Origin: an uncultured Lichenicoccus sp.
GTDB lineage: Bacteria > Pseudomonadota > Alphaproteobacteria > Acetobacterales > Acetobacteraceae
Length of the DNA: 64,000 bases
Assembly (NCBI GenBank): GCA_965213775.1
Contig: CBDCAC010000002.1
Span: 194,982-258,981, forward strand
Direction of reading: 5' to 3'
The notes under the pieces were generated by a model. It was not told where the DNA came from and made no database searches. It was given only the letters and a program-made list of their open reading frames with translations. Below, piece by piece: positions 40,379 through 49,017 of the stretch (the first letter of the stretch is position 1; the number at the start of each line of letters is the position of its first letter). The translations under genes were made by a program, and so were the position numbers.

Positions 40379-41389
40379 CTACCGGCTCAGCAGGCTGACC
40401 TTGCCGACCGGCGAAGGCGCGTCGGGTGCCGTGTTCAGCCAGATGCCGTGCGGCGAGCGGCCGGTCGGGATGAAGCTGGCCGCACCGGTGGCGAGGTCGA
40501 GCACCGCGACGTGCTGGCGCCAGCGCAGCGTGGCCCAGATGGTGTGGTTCGGCCCGAACACGATGTCGTCGGGGCCGCCGGGCAGCTGGTAGCTGCGCAG
40601 GATCGAGAGCGTGTTCCAGTCGAGCTGCTCGATCGTGCCGGAGACGCGGCAGGTGACGAACAGCAGCTTGCGGCTCGGCGAGACGAACAGGTTGTGCGGA
40701 CCCGGCGCCATGTGCAGCCGGCGCTCGACGTGGCCGTCCGACGGATCCACCACGGCGACGTAGTCGGTGCCCATCACGCCGACCAGGATGCGGCCCTGGT
40801 GCCAGAGCACGCCCGCAGGGGTGGAGCCGACCGGGCTCTGCCAGCGCACGCGGCCGGTCGCGGTCTCGATCGCGATCAGGGTGCCGCTGCCCTGGAGGCT
40901 GACATAGGCGACCGCGGAGTCGGGCGCGTAGTTAATGTGGCTCGGCATGCTGCCGGTGCGCACGCGATGCGCCAGCGTCATGGTGGCGACGTCGTAGATG
41001 TCGACCTGGTCGCGCGCCAGCCCGGCGATGGTCAGCCACCGGCCGTCGGGGCTGTAGGAGAGCTGGTAGGGGTCGCTGACCGCGATCCGCCGCTGCGACA
41101 GGCCGGTCCGCGGGTCGAGGAAGAACAGCGCGTTGCCGGCGGTGTCGCCGACCACCAGGGAGCGGCCGTCCGGGGTGAGCGCCATGTGGTGCGGCTCGCG
41201 CAGCACCGGCAGCCGGCGCACCTCCCGTCGGCTGTCGATGTCGATCTCGCTGATCGAGGCGCCGGCGGAGTTCAGCACGAAGGCGAGACGTTCCGGATGC
41301 GTCGCCTGCGCCCGCGCCGGCGCTGCGGGGCAGCCCGCGGCCGCGCCCAGGGCGATGCAGAGGATGGAGGCGAGGGTGGTTCTGGTCAT
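40379..41389 (-). CDS. secreted YncE/YVTN-type beta-propeller protein
   Basis: Signal peptide; repeated blades EPHHMALTPDG, DPYQLSYSPDG, MPSHINYAPD, SPHGIW. Confidence 0.82.
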   Translation of the reverse strand: MTRTTLASILCIALGAAAGCPAAPARAQATHPERLAFVLNSAGASISEIDIDSRREVRRLPVLREPHHMALTPDGRSLVVGDTAGNALFFLDPRTGLSQRRIAVSDPYQLSYSPDGRWLTIAGLARDQVDIYDVATMTLAHRVRTGSMPSHINYAPDSAVAYVSLQGSGTLIAIETATGRVRWQSPVGSTPAGVLWHQGRILVGVMGTDYVAVVDPSDGHVERRLHMAPGPHNLFVSPSRKLLFVTCRVSGTIEQLDWNTLSILRSYQLPGGPDDIVFGPNHTIWATLRWRQHVAVLDLATGAASFIPTGRSPHGIWLNTAPDAPSPVGKVSLLSR

Positions 41390-41610
41390 CGGGATCAAGC
41401 CTGCTCGGCGCGTCGCGCGCCCGGATCGGGTGGGTGATGGATGGCCAGAGCGGGATGGCCGCTGTCAACGGAAAAGCGGCGGCGACAGGCCCGGCGGAGC
41501 GCCGGGTGCCGCGGTCCCTCTTGCCTGCCCGGCGGGTATTGCCACATGAAAGGCCGCCACATGGAAGACCGGGCGCACGCGACGCGCCTCCACGTACAGG
41601 ATCCGTCCGC

Positions 41611-42171
41611 ATGTTCATCGAGACCGAGGATACCCCCAATCCCGCGACGCTGAAGTTCCTGCCCGGCGGTCGCGACGTGATGGGCAGCGGGACCGCGGAC
41701 TTCACCTCCGAGGCGTCGGCGGCGCGCTCGCCGCTGGCCTCGGCGCTGTTCTCGCTGGACGGGGTGGCGCGGGTGTTCCTGGGTGCGGACTTCATCACCG
41801 TGACCAAGACCGACGCGCATGAATGGTCGGAGATCCGGCCGCTGGTGCTCTCGACGGTGGTCGATCATTTCGTGTCCGGCCGACCGGTGGTCGAGGGCGA
41901 TGCCGACCTCGCCGACGAGGACGTGGCACCCGAGGATGCCGAGATCGTCGCCCAGATCAAGGAGCTGCTTGATACGCGGGTGCGCCCGGCGGTGGCCAGC
42001 GACGGCGGCGACATCGTGTTCCGCGGCTACCGCGACGGGGTGGTGCGGCTGCACATGCAGGGCGCCTGCTCGGGCTGCCCGTCTTCGCGCGCGACGCTGA
42101 AGCACGGGGTGGAGAACATGCTGCGCCACTACGTGCCGGAAGTGCAGGCGGTGGAGCAGGTCGAAGCTTGA
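41611..42171 (+). CDS. NifU/Nfu family Fe-S scaffold
   Basis: MFIETEDTPNPATLKF; RVRPAVASDGGD; GACSGCPSS. Confidence 0.92.
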   Translation: MFIETEDTPNPATLKFLPGGRDVMGSGTADFTSEASAARSPLASALFSLDGVARVFLGADFITVTKTDAHEWSEIRPLVLSTVVDHFVSGRPVVEGDADLADEDVAPEDAEIVAQIKELLDTRVRPAVASDGGDIVFRGYRDGVVRLHMQGACSGCPSSRATLKHGVENMLRHYVPEVQAVEQVEA

Positions 42172-42827
42172 GTGCGACGCTGAGTGAGCCGGACGCCGAG
42201 ACCGGGCCCGCCGGCGACGCCCCCGGCGCTGTGCCCGCCAGCCTGGCGGTCGAGGACGGCGTGCTCGACCGCGCCTTCCGCGAGGCGCGCACGCCGGCCC
42301 GCTGGAGCGAGCGGCCGGTGCCGGACGCGGTGCTGCACGGGCTCTACGAGCTGGTCAAGCTCGCGCCCACCTCGGGCAACTGCTCGCCGGCACGCTTCGT
42401 GTTCCTCGCCAGCCGCGACAGCCGCGAGCGGCTGCGTCCGGCGTTGTCGCCGGGCAACGTGGCGCCGACGCTGGGGGCTGCGGTCACCGTCATCGTCGCC
42501 CAGGACCCGCTGTTCTACGAGCAGATGCCGCGGCTGTATCCTCGGGCGGAGGCGCGCTCCTGGTTCGCCGCCGACCCGGCGCTCGCCGAGGAGACGGCGT
42601 TCCGCAACGCGTCGCTGCAGGGCGGCTACCTCATCGTGGCGGCACGCCTGCTCGGCCTCGACGTCTGGCCGATGTCCGGCTTCGATGCGGCCAGGGTCGA
42701 CGAGATCTTCCTCGCCGGGCAGGGCTGGCGCTCCAACTTCCTGGTCAACCTGGGCTATGCGGAGGGGCTGCCGGAGACCCCGCGGGCGCCGCGGCTCGCC
42801 TTCGACGAAGCCTGCCTGCTGCTCTGA
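42168..42827 (+). CDS. nitroreductase family, malonic semialdehyde reductase RutE-like
   Basis: FREART, PTSGNCSPARF, RNASLQGGYLI, GLDVWPMSGFD, SNFLVNLGY, PRLAFDEAC. Confidence 0.85.
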   Translation: MSATLSEPDAETGPAGDAPGAVPASLAVEDGVLDRAFREARTPARWSERPVPDAVLHGLYELVKLAPTSGNCSPARFVFLASRDSRERLRPALSPGNVAPTLGAAVTVIVAQDPLFYEQMPRLYPRAEARSWFAADPALAEETAFRNASLQGGYLIVAARLLGLDVWPMSGFDAARVDEIFLAGQGWRSNFLVNLGYAEGLPETPRAPRLAFDEACLLL

Positions 42828-43543
42828 GCCATCCCGCTCCGGCGCCCTCGCGCATCCTGGTGCTGAACGGCGCCGGCGGCGACGGCGTCGCCGCACTCCT
42901 GTCGCACGACGCGGCCGGGCTGCGGCTGATGCATCGGGCCGAGCAGCCCGGCCGCGGCGGCGCCGAGGCGCTGCCCGGCCTGCTGGCGGCACTGCTCGAT
43001 CGCGCCGGCTGGGAGGTCGCGGCACTCGAACTGATCGCCGCCGTGACCGGACCGGGCAGCTTCACCGGGCTGCGCGCGACGCTGGCGCTTGCCCAGGGGC
43101 TGGCGCTCGGCACCGGTGCGGTCCTGCACGGCGTCGGCGTCGGCGAGGCGCTGCGCCGCACGCTGCGCGACCATGACGCGGGCGAGGGGCCGGCCTGGCC
43201 GCTCTGGTGCGTCGCCGTCGCCCGGCGCGACCGCGTGTTCCTGCAGCGCGCCGCCGACGAGCCATGGGAGGCCGCGATGCTGGACGCGATGAGGCTGCCG
43301 GCGCAGCCGGTGCTGCTCGCGGGGGACGCCTCGTCGCTGGTCGCGACGGCGATCGCGCGTAGCGGCGGCCGGGCGAGATGCAGCGGCGTGGTCGCTGCGG
43401 ACCCGTGCGCGGTGGCGGCGGTGGCGCTCGACCGGCTTGCCGCCGGCCTGCCGGCGCCGGCGGCGCTGCCGCTCTACGTCGATCCGCCGCTGGCGAGCGT
43501 CGCGGCGACCGTCCGCCCGTCTCCCGGACACGCGCGGCGGTGA
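42824..43543 (+). CDS. tsaB: tRNA threonylcarbamoyladenosine biosynthesis protein TsaB (CTG start inferred; first GTG at 42860)
   Basis: IAAVTGPGSFTGLR, AQGLA, PLYV; precedes rimI. Confidence 0.85.
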   Translation: MSHPAPAPSRILVLNGAGGDGVAALLSHDAAGLRLMHRAEQPGRGGAEALPGLLAALLDRAGWEVAALELIAAVTGPGSFTGLRATLALAQGLALGTGAVLHGVGVGEALRRTLRDHDAGEGPAWPLWCVAVARRDRVFLQRAADEPWEAAMLDAMRLPAQPVLLAGDASSLVATAIARSGGRARCSGVVAADPCAVAAVALDRLAAGLPAPAALPLYVDPPLASVAATVRPSPGHARR

Positions 43544-44025
43544 TCCTCCAGGGCCGCGCGCATGCGGCCCTGCTCGCGGCGCTGCACGAGCGGTCGTTCA
43601 CGCCCGAGCAGCGCTGGGACCGGGCCGCGATGGCCGCACTGCTCGACATGCCGGGCTGCTTCGCCTGCCTGCACGAGGCGGCCGATCCCTGGCATCCGGG
43701 CCGGACCACGCCGCGCGGCATGGCGATGCTGCGGGTGACGGCCGACGAGGCGGAGCTGCTGACGGTCGCGGTGCTGCCGGCCGCGCGCGGCGCGGGGGTG
43801 GGGGCGGCGCTGCTCGGCGCGGCGATCGCCGAGGCGGCGCGGCGCGGCGCCGGACGGATGTTCCTGGAGGTCGCCGAGGGCAACGCGGCGGCGCGGGCGC
43901 TGTACGATCGGCATGGCTTCGCGCCCGTCGGCCGTCGGCGGAACTACTATCCGGACGGATCGCACGCCCTGGTGCTGTCGCGGGCGTTGTGCATCCCGGA
44001 GCAGGCAAGAGGCGTCGCCCCCTGA
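43540..44025 (+). CDS. rimI: RimI-like acetyltransferase
   Basis: DEAELLTVAV, ARGAGVG, FLEVAEGNAAARALY, GRRRNYY. Confidence 0.85.
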   Translation: MILQGRAHAALLAALHERSFTPEQRWDRAAMAALLDMPGCFACLHEAADPWHPGRTTPRGMAMLRVTADEAELLTVAVLPAARGAGVGAALLGAAIAEAARRGAGRMFLEVAEGNAAARALYDRHGFAPVGRRRNYYPDGSHALVLSRALCIPEQARGVAP

Positions 44026-44103
44026 CCCCGTCAGAGGCAAGCCCCCGAGGAAACGGGGTTTGGGGCCCCCAGCCCCAACGGGTCAAGGGCAGAGCCCTTG
44101 CCT
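44003..44103. repeat. dispersed palindromic repeat, full copy (family A)
   Basis: aggcaagaggcgtcgccccctgacccc...gggtcaagggcagagcccttgcct; similar to 44898-45014. Confidence 0.85.
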
Positions 44104-44120
44104 TGGCTTCTCCGCAACCC

Positions 44121-44342
44121 CTAGCCGCGTCGGATCGCGATCAGCCGGGTGCCGTGCGGCCCCGCCTCGTCGGAGACCAGCGTATGGCCGAGCGACACCG
44201 CGTTGCCCACCACGTTGCGCCAAGGCTCCTCGCCCTGCAGCCGCACCTGCAGCAGCTCTCCCGGTCGCATACGATCCAGGGCGAGGCGCGTGCGCACGAA
44301 GGTCATCGGGCAGGTGTCGCGGGTGATGTCGAGCTCTTGCAT
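44121..44342 (-). CDS. tusA: TusA family sulfur carrier
   Basis: ELDITRDTCPMTFVRTRLALDRM, EPWRNV. Confidence 0.85.
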   Translation of the reverse strand: MQELDITRDTCPMTFVRTRLALDRMRPGELLQVRLQGEEPWRNVVGNAVSLGHTLVSDEAGPHGTRLIAIRRG

Positions 44343-44438
44343 AGGTTTCGGCGTCTCATGAGTAAGGACGGAATACACATTGCGGCAACTGGAATAAAAA
44401 CGATATAAAGTCACGTCTTTGTTGCGAAAGGGGTGGGC

Positions 44439-44849
44439 ATGACCGAGCAGTCAGGAGAATCCGATATGCTGGAACTGACCGCCCAGATCGTCTCCGCGCA
44501 CGTGTCCAACAATTCGGTCGCCTCCGACGCCCTGCCGGGGCTGATCCAGGAGGTGTTCCGCACCCTCTCCAGCGTCGATCGCGAGGTGGCGCCGGCGGAC
44601 AAGCCGCAGCCCGCGGTCGCGGTCAGAAGATCGGTGTTCGCCGACCATATCGTCTGCCTCGAGGACGGCAAGAAGCTCAAGATGCTCAAGCGCCACCTCA
44701 AGACCGCCTACGACATGAGCCCCGAACAATATCGCGAGCGCTGGGGCCTGCCGGCGGATTACCCGATGGTGGCGCCCGACTATGCCCGTCACCGCTCGGC
44801 GTTGGCCAAGCAGATCGGCCTGGGCACCAAGCCGCGCGCCGCGTCCTAG
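44439..44849 (+). CDS. mucR: Ros/MucR family regulator
   Basis: LTAQIVSAHVSNN, IVCLEDGKKLKMLKRHL, YPMVAPDYA, LAKQIGLG. Confidence 0.95.
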   Translation: MTEQSGESDMLELTAQIVSAHVSNNSVASDALPGLIQEVFRTLSSVDREVAPADKPQPAVAVRRSVFADHIVCLEDGKKLKMLKRHLKTAYDMSPEQYRERWGLPADYPMVAPDYARHRSALAKQIGLGTKPRAAS

Positions 44850-45031
44850 CAGGCTGCTGATAGAGGCCGCTGGCTTAGAACGTTACGGAACGAAGGAAAG
44901 GCAAGGGGCTCTGCCCCTTGACCCCATCAAAGGCAAGCCTTTGAAATCCCTAACTCTAGAAAATGGGGTTTGGGGCCTGTGGCCCCAGCAGGTCAAGGGC
45001 AGAGCCCTTGCCTTGGTTTTTCAGCAGCCTG
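44850..45031. mobile_element. putative non-autonomous element with 11-bp terminal inverted repeats enclosing a family A repeat (44898-45014)
   Basis: CAGGCTGCTGA (44850-44860) and TCAGCAGCCTG (45021-45031); left end follows CTAG. Confidence 0.55.
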
Positions 45032-45180
45032 TCGGAGCATGATCCGATCGCGTAGGCTCACGGCGACCGTCGGCCGGCCGGCGGCCCGGCGGCTCACGTT
45101 ATATCCAAATTGGACAAGGTCCGTCGTCATCGGCTACGCCGCCTGATGATGAACGCGTGCGCGCACGAGGGCAGCCACCG

Positions 45181-45723
45181 GTGAAGGCGATCGGATCGCG
45201 GATCGAGCGTCTCTGCGTCGAGCGCGGGCTCAAGATGACCGGCCAGCGACGCGTCATCGCCCGCGTGCTCTCCGAGGCGGAGGACCATCCGGACGTCGAG
45301 GAGCTATACCGGCGCGCGACCACGCTCGACTCCCACATCTCGGTGGCGACGGTCTACCGCACGGTGCGGCTGCTGGAAGAGAAGGGGATCCTGGAGCGCC
45401 GCGACTTCGGCGGCGGGCGCGCGCGCTACGAGGCGACCGAGCACGGCCATCATTACCATCTGATCGACATCGAGACCGGCAAGGTGATCGAGTTCGAGGA
45501 CGCGGAGCATGAGCAGCTGATGCGACAGATCGCGAGCCGCCTGGGGTTCGACCTGGTCTCCCACCGCATGGAGCTGTTCGCGCGCCGGCGGCGCGACGTC
45601 GAGCAGGGTCGCGACGCGGCCGCCCGGACGGCGCATGCCGGCGCGGCCCACGGCGATGCCATGGCGGGCGACGCGACGGAGTGCCAGCCCCCGACGCCGG
45701 GCCGTGACGGAGCGGCACGGTGA
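45181..45723 (+). CDS. fur: Fur family regulator (start uncertain)
   Basis: GLKMTGQRRVI, DHPDVEELY, ISVATVYRTVRL, HHYHLID, VIEF. Confidence 0.9.
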   Translation: MKAIGSRIERLCVERGLKMTGQRRVIARVLSEAEDHPDVEELYRRATTLDSHISVATVYRTVRLLEEKGILERRDFGGGRARYEATEHGHHYHLIDIETGKVIEFEDAEHEQLMRQIASRLGFDLVSHRMELFARRRRDVEQGRDAAARTAHAGAAHGDAMAGDATECQPPTPGRDGAAR

Positions 45724-46580
45724 GCCTGACGACGCCGATCGTCGCCCCGCCGCTCTCGCCGCCTCCCGCGCCGGCCGTCGCCGCCGGCGGCTTCGGCGAA
45801 CTCCGCGCCGGCAACCTGGCGGTGCGCATCGCCACCACCGCCGCCGAGCGCGACGCGGCGCAGGCGTTGCGTTACCGTATCTTCTACGAGGAGATGGGTG
45901 CCAGGCCCGACGAGCGCGCGCGGCGGCTCAGGCGGGACACCGACCAGTTCGACGACGTCGCCGACCATCTCCTGGTCATCGACCACGCCGTGAGTCCCGG
46001 CGCGCGCGGGGTGGTCGGCACCTACCGGCTGGTGCAGAACGAGGGCGCCGCACGGGTCGGGCGATACTACACCTCGTCGGAGTACGACATCAGCCGGATC
46101 ACCGGCTTTCCCGGGCGGCTGCTCGAGCTCGGCCGCTCCTGCGTCGACATGAAGTATCGCGGCCGTGCGGCGATGCAGCTGATGTGGCGCGGCATCGCGG
46201 CCTACGTGTTCCTGCACCGGATCGACGTGATGTTCGGTTGCGCCAGCCTGCCCGGCACCGACCCCGAGCGGCTGCGCGAGGAGCTCACCTTCCTCTACCA
46301 CAACCACCTGGCGCCGCCGGCGCTGCGGCCGCGCGCGGTGCCGGAACGCTATGTCGAGATGCGACGCTGCGATCCGGGGGCGATCGACCATCGCCGGGTG
46401 CAGCTGCAGCTGCCGCCGCTGATCAAGGGCTATCTCCGGCTCGGCGGCTTCATCGGCGACGGCGCGGTCGTCGACACCCAGTTCAACACCACCGACGTGG
46501 CGGTGGTGGTCAAGACCGACCTGATCACCGACAAGTACTACCGCCACTACGAGCGCCAGCTCCGCGACGCGCTGGATTGA
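45720..46580 (+). CDS. olsB: ornithine lipid N-acyltransferase OlsB-like
   Basis: AQALRYRIFYEEMGA, DHLLVID, VGTYRL, ELGRSCV, MFGCAS, LPPLIKGYLRLG, FNTTDV. Confidence 0.85.
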   Translation: MSLTTPIVAPPLSPPPAPAVAAGGFGELRAGNLAVRIATTAAERDAAQALRYRIFYEEMGARPDERARRLRRDTDQFDDVADHLLVIDHAVSPGARGVVGTYRLVQNEGAARVGRYYTSSEYDISRITGFPGRLLELGRSCVDMKYRGRAAMQLMWRGIAAYVFLHRIDVMFGCASLPGTDPERLREELTFLYHNHLAPPALRPRAVPERYVEMRRCDPGAIDHRRVQLQLPPLIKGYLRLGGFIGDGAVVDTQFNTTDVAVVVKTDLITDKYYRHYERQLRDALD

Positions 46581-48259
46581 GGCCGCCGGCGGGGCGGGAT
46601 GGCGGTGTGTGGCAGATGCTCGCCGCCGGGGCGCTGTCGGCGCTGGCGCTGCCGCCGTTCGGGCTGGTGCCGATCCTGCTGCTCACGGTGCCGCTGCTGC
46701 TGCGACGCATCGACGCCGCCGCCTCGTTCGGCGCCAGCCTGCGCCACGGCGGCGCCTTCGGCTTCGGCTTCTACTGCGCCGGCCTGTACTGGATCACCGA
46801 CGCGATCCTGACCCGGGTCGACGTGTTCTGGTGGGCGCTGCCGCTGGCGACGCCGCTCTGCGCCGTCCCGCTCGCGATCCTCATCGCCGTGCCCTGCGCT
46901 CTGAGCCGCGCCGCACCGCCCGGGTGGCGACGCGCGTCGCTGCTCGCCGGCCTGTGGACGGCCGCCGACATCGTGCGCGAGTACGCCTTCACCGGCTTTC
47001 CCTGGAACCCGCTGGGCAGCGCCTGGGAGTGGTCCGGCCGCTCCTGGGCGAGCCGGCTCGGCGACGTCATGATCCAGCCGGCGGCGTGGATCGGGGTGCA
47101 CGGGCTGACGCTGCTCACCCTGCTCGTGGCCGCGACGCCGGCAGTCGGACGCCGCGCCGTCGCCGGCGGCGCGCTGCTGCTCGCGCTGTGGGCCGCCTCG
47201 GGCGCCGCCCGCCTGGCCTGGCTGCATCCGCTGCCCGGACAGGGGCCGCTGGTGGTGCTGGTGCAGGGCGACATCCCGGAGGTCGAGAAGCTCGACCGCG
47301 CCTGGGCGCTGCAGAGCTTCCGCAGCTATCTGCGGCTGACCGCCGAGGGCGTGCGGCAGGCCCGCGCGCTGCGCGACGCTGCGCCCAGGGGCGACGCTGC
47401 GCCCAGGGGCGACGCTGCGCCCAGGGGCGACGCTGCGCCCAGGGGCGACGCTGCGCCCAGGGGCGACGCTGCGCCCAGGGGCGACGCTGCGTCCAGGGGC
47501 GACGCCGCATCCCGCGGCGGCGCGCCGGACCGCCGGCCGATCGTGTTCGCCTGGCCGGAGAGCGCCTTTCCGGGACTGCTCGACGAGGACCCGCAGGCGC
47601 GTCGCATCATCATGGCCCAGGCCCCCGGCGCCGCCGCCGGGCTGATCGGCGGGGTGCGCTTCGGCGTCGACGGCCGGCCGCGCAACAGCCTGTTCGCGCT
47701 GCTGCCCGACGCCTCGGTGGCCGCGGTCTACGACAAGGCGCACCTGGTGCCGTTCGGCGAGTACCAGCCGCCGCTGCTGCCGATCCAGGTGGTGCCGGGC
47801 GGCGGCTTCGAGCCGGGAGCCGGCCGCCGCACCCTGCGCCTGCCCGCCGTCGCCGCGTTCTCGCCGCTGATCTGCTACGAGGTCATCTTCCCCGGCGCGG
47901 TGGCCGATCCGGCCGATCGGCCCGCCTGGCTGCTCAACATCACCAACGATGCCTGGTACGGCGACAGCGCCGGCCCGCGCCAGCACCTCGCCGCCGCCCG
48001 GATGCGCGCCGTCGAGGAGGGGCTGCCGATCGCGCGCGCCGCCAACACCGGCATCTCGGCGGCCTATGACGCCGACGGGCGCGAGCTCGCGCGGCTCGGC
48101 TGGGGACGGGCGGGCAGCCTGGCGGTGGCGCTGCCGGCGGCGCTGCCGCCGACGCTGTTCAGCCGCTACGGCGTCGCGATCCCGGGGGTGCTGGCGGCAC
48201 TCGCCTGCGCCGCGTCGGCGAGACCGTGGCGGCGCAGGCGCGGCGGTTCTCGCAAATGA
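46577..48259 (+). CDS. lnt: apolipoprotein N-acyltransferase with internal minisatellite
   Basis: TTG overlapping olsB stop; GLYWI, FTGFPWN, WPESA, YDKAHLVPFGEY, ICYEVIF, TNDAWYG, RAANTGIS. Confidence 0.93.
   Translation: MRPPAGRDGGVWQMLAAGALSALALPPFGLVPILLLTVPLLLRRIDAAASFGASLRHGGAFGFGFYCAGLYWITDAILTRVDVFWWALPLATPLCAVPLAILIAVPCALSRAAPPGWRRASLLAGLWTAADIVREYAFTGFPWNPLGSAWEWSGRSWASRLGDVMIQPAAWIGVHGLTLLTLLVAATPAVGRRAVAGGALLLALWAASGAARLAWLHPLPGQGPLVVLVQGDIPEVEKLDRAWALQSFRSYLRLTAEGVRQARALRDAAPRGDAAPRGDAAPRGDAAPRGDAAPRGDAAPRGDAASRGDAASRGGAPDRRPIVFAWPESAFPGLLDEDPQARRIIMAQAPGAAAGLIGGVRFGVDGRPRNSLFALLPDASVAAVYDKAHLVPFGEYQPPLLPIQVVPGGGFEPGAGRRTLRLPAVAAFSPLICYEVIFPGAVADPADRPAWLLNITNDAWYGDSAGPRQHLAAARMRAVEEGLPIARAANTGISAAYDADGRELARLGWGRAGSLAVALPAALPPTLFSRYGVAIPGVLAALACAASARPWRRRRGGSRK
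47375..47518 (+). repeat. 18-bp in-frame tandem repeat x8: (DAAPRG)6(DAASRG)2
   Basis: gacgctgcgcccaggggc six perfect copies plus two diverged copies. Confidence 0.97.
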
Positions 48260-48307
48260 TCCGCCGTGCGCGCGAGCCCTCTCAAGTTTGACGCGAGTTG
48301 GCCGAAC

Positions 48308-48336
48308 TTGACACTTCAAGGTTGCGCCACTACCTC
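48308..48336 (+). promoter_or_regulatory. putative sigma70 promoter
   Basis: TTGACA-N17-TACCTC, then AGGAGG upstream of the XRE gene. Confidence 0.55.
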
Positions 48337-48362
48337 TAGGACACCAGGAGGTCGAGGAAATC

Positions 48363-48866
48363 ATGGGACGAGTTCCGATCAGTAGGAGCGCCGGGCCACA
48401 GCCCGGGGACGTTCCCGTCGCCGATCGCGAAGCCGGGCCCAGCCCGATCGACGTGCATGTCGGCAGCCGGATCCGACTGCGACGCACCCTTCTTGGCATG
48501 TCCCAGGAGCGCCTGGGCGACTCTCTCGGCCTGACCTTCCAGCAGGTGCAGAAATACGAGCGCGGCGCCAACCGGGTCGGCGCCTCGCGCCTGTTCGATC
48601 TGTCGCGCGTGCTCGACGTGCCGGTGAGCTTCTTCTTCGACGACCTGCCGGCGCCCTACGCCGCGGCCGGCGCGCGCGTCGGCATGCAGCAGGTCGGCGG
48701 GTTCGCGGAGTCCCAGGACGGATTCGGCGGCGGCGACGACCTGTTCACCCGCAAGGAGACGGTCGACCTGGTGCGCGCCTACTACCGGATCAGCGAGCTG
48801 CCGGTGCGCAAGCGGGTGCTCGACCTGATCAAGTCGATGGGACCGACGGATCGCGGCGTCGAGTGA
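48363..48866 (+). CDS. XRE family HTH transcriptional regulator
   Basis: PIDVHVGSRIRLRR, GLTFQQVQKYERGANRVGASRL; follows lnt as commonly seen in alphaproteobacteria. Confidence 0.92.
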   Translation: MGRVPISRSAGPQPGDVPVADREAGPSPIDVHVGSRIRLRRTLLGMSQERLGDSLGLTFQQVQKYERGANRVGASRLFDLSRVLDVPVSFFFDDLPAPYAAAGARVGMQQVGGFAESQDGFGGGDDLFTRKETVDLVRAYYRISELPVRKRVLDLIKSMGPTDRGVE

Positions 48867-48881
48867 CATCCCGCGTCGTAG

Positions 48882-48994
48882 GGCAAGGCCGGGCTCTGCC
48901 CAGACCCGCCAAAGGCCGAGGCCTTTGGAAACCACGCTAAGATAATCGGATTATCAATGCTAAGCCTTGAGCGGGTCCCGGGCAGAGCCGTGGC
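48882..48994. repeat. dispersed palindromic repeat, full copy (family B)
   Basis: ggcaaggccgggctctgcccagacccgccaaaggcc..ggcctttggaaacc...gccttgagcgggtcccgggcagagcc; near-identical arms at 63516-63625. Confidence 0.88.
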
Positions 48995-49017
48995 TGCGTT
49001 GCCACGATGTCGCGTGA

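Noticed and set aside
41520-41548. RpoH-like promoter CTTG-N18-CCACAT upstream of the Nfu gene
   Set aside because: Plausible but too degenerate to support without TSS data
44439-44849. MucR zinc-site substitutions (C-x2-D...H-x4-Y)
   Set aside because: Such ligand variation is common in the Ros/MucR family
47375-47518. CRISPR array
   Set aside because: Contiguous 18-bp units with no spacers, in frame within lnt, and no cas genes
45635-48259. 874-aa Lnt and 1050-aa MutL (10626-13778) with long N-terminal extensions
   Set aside because: Extensions overlap genuine upstream genes (olsB; lspA and DUF3035) in other frames
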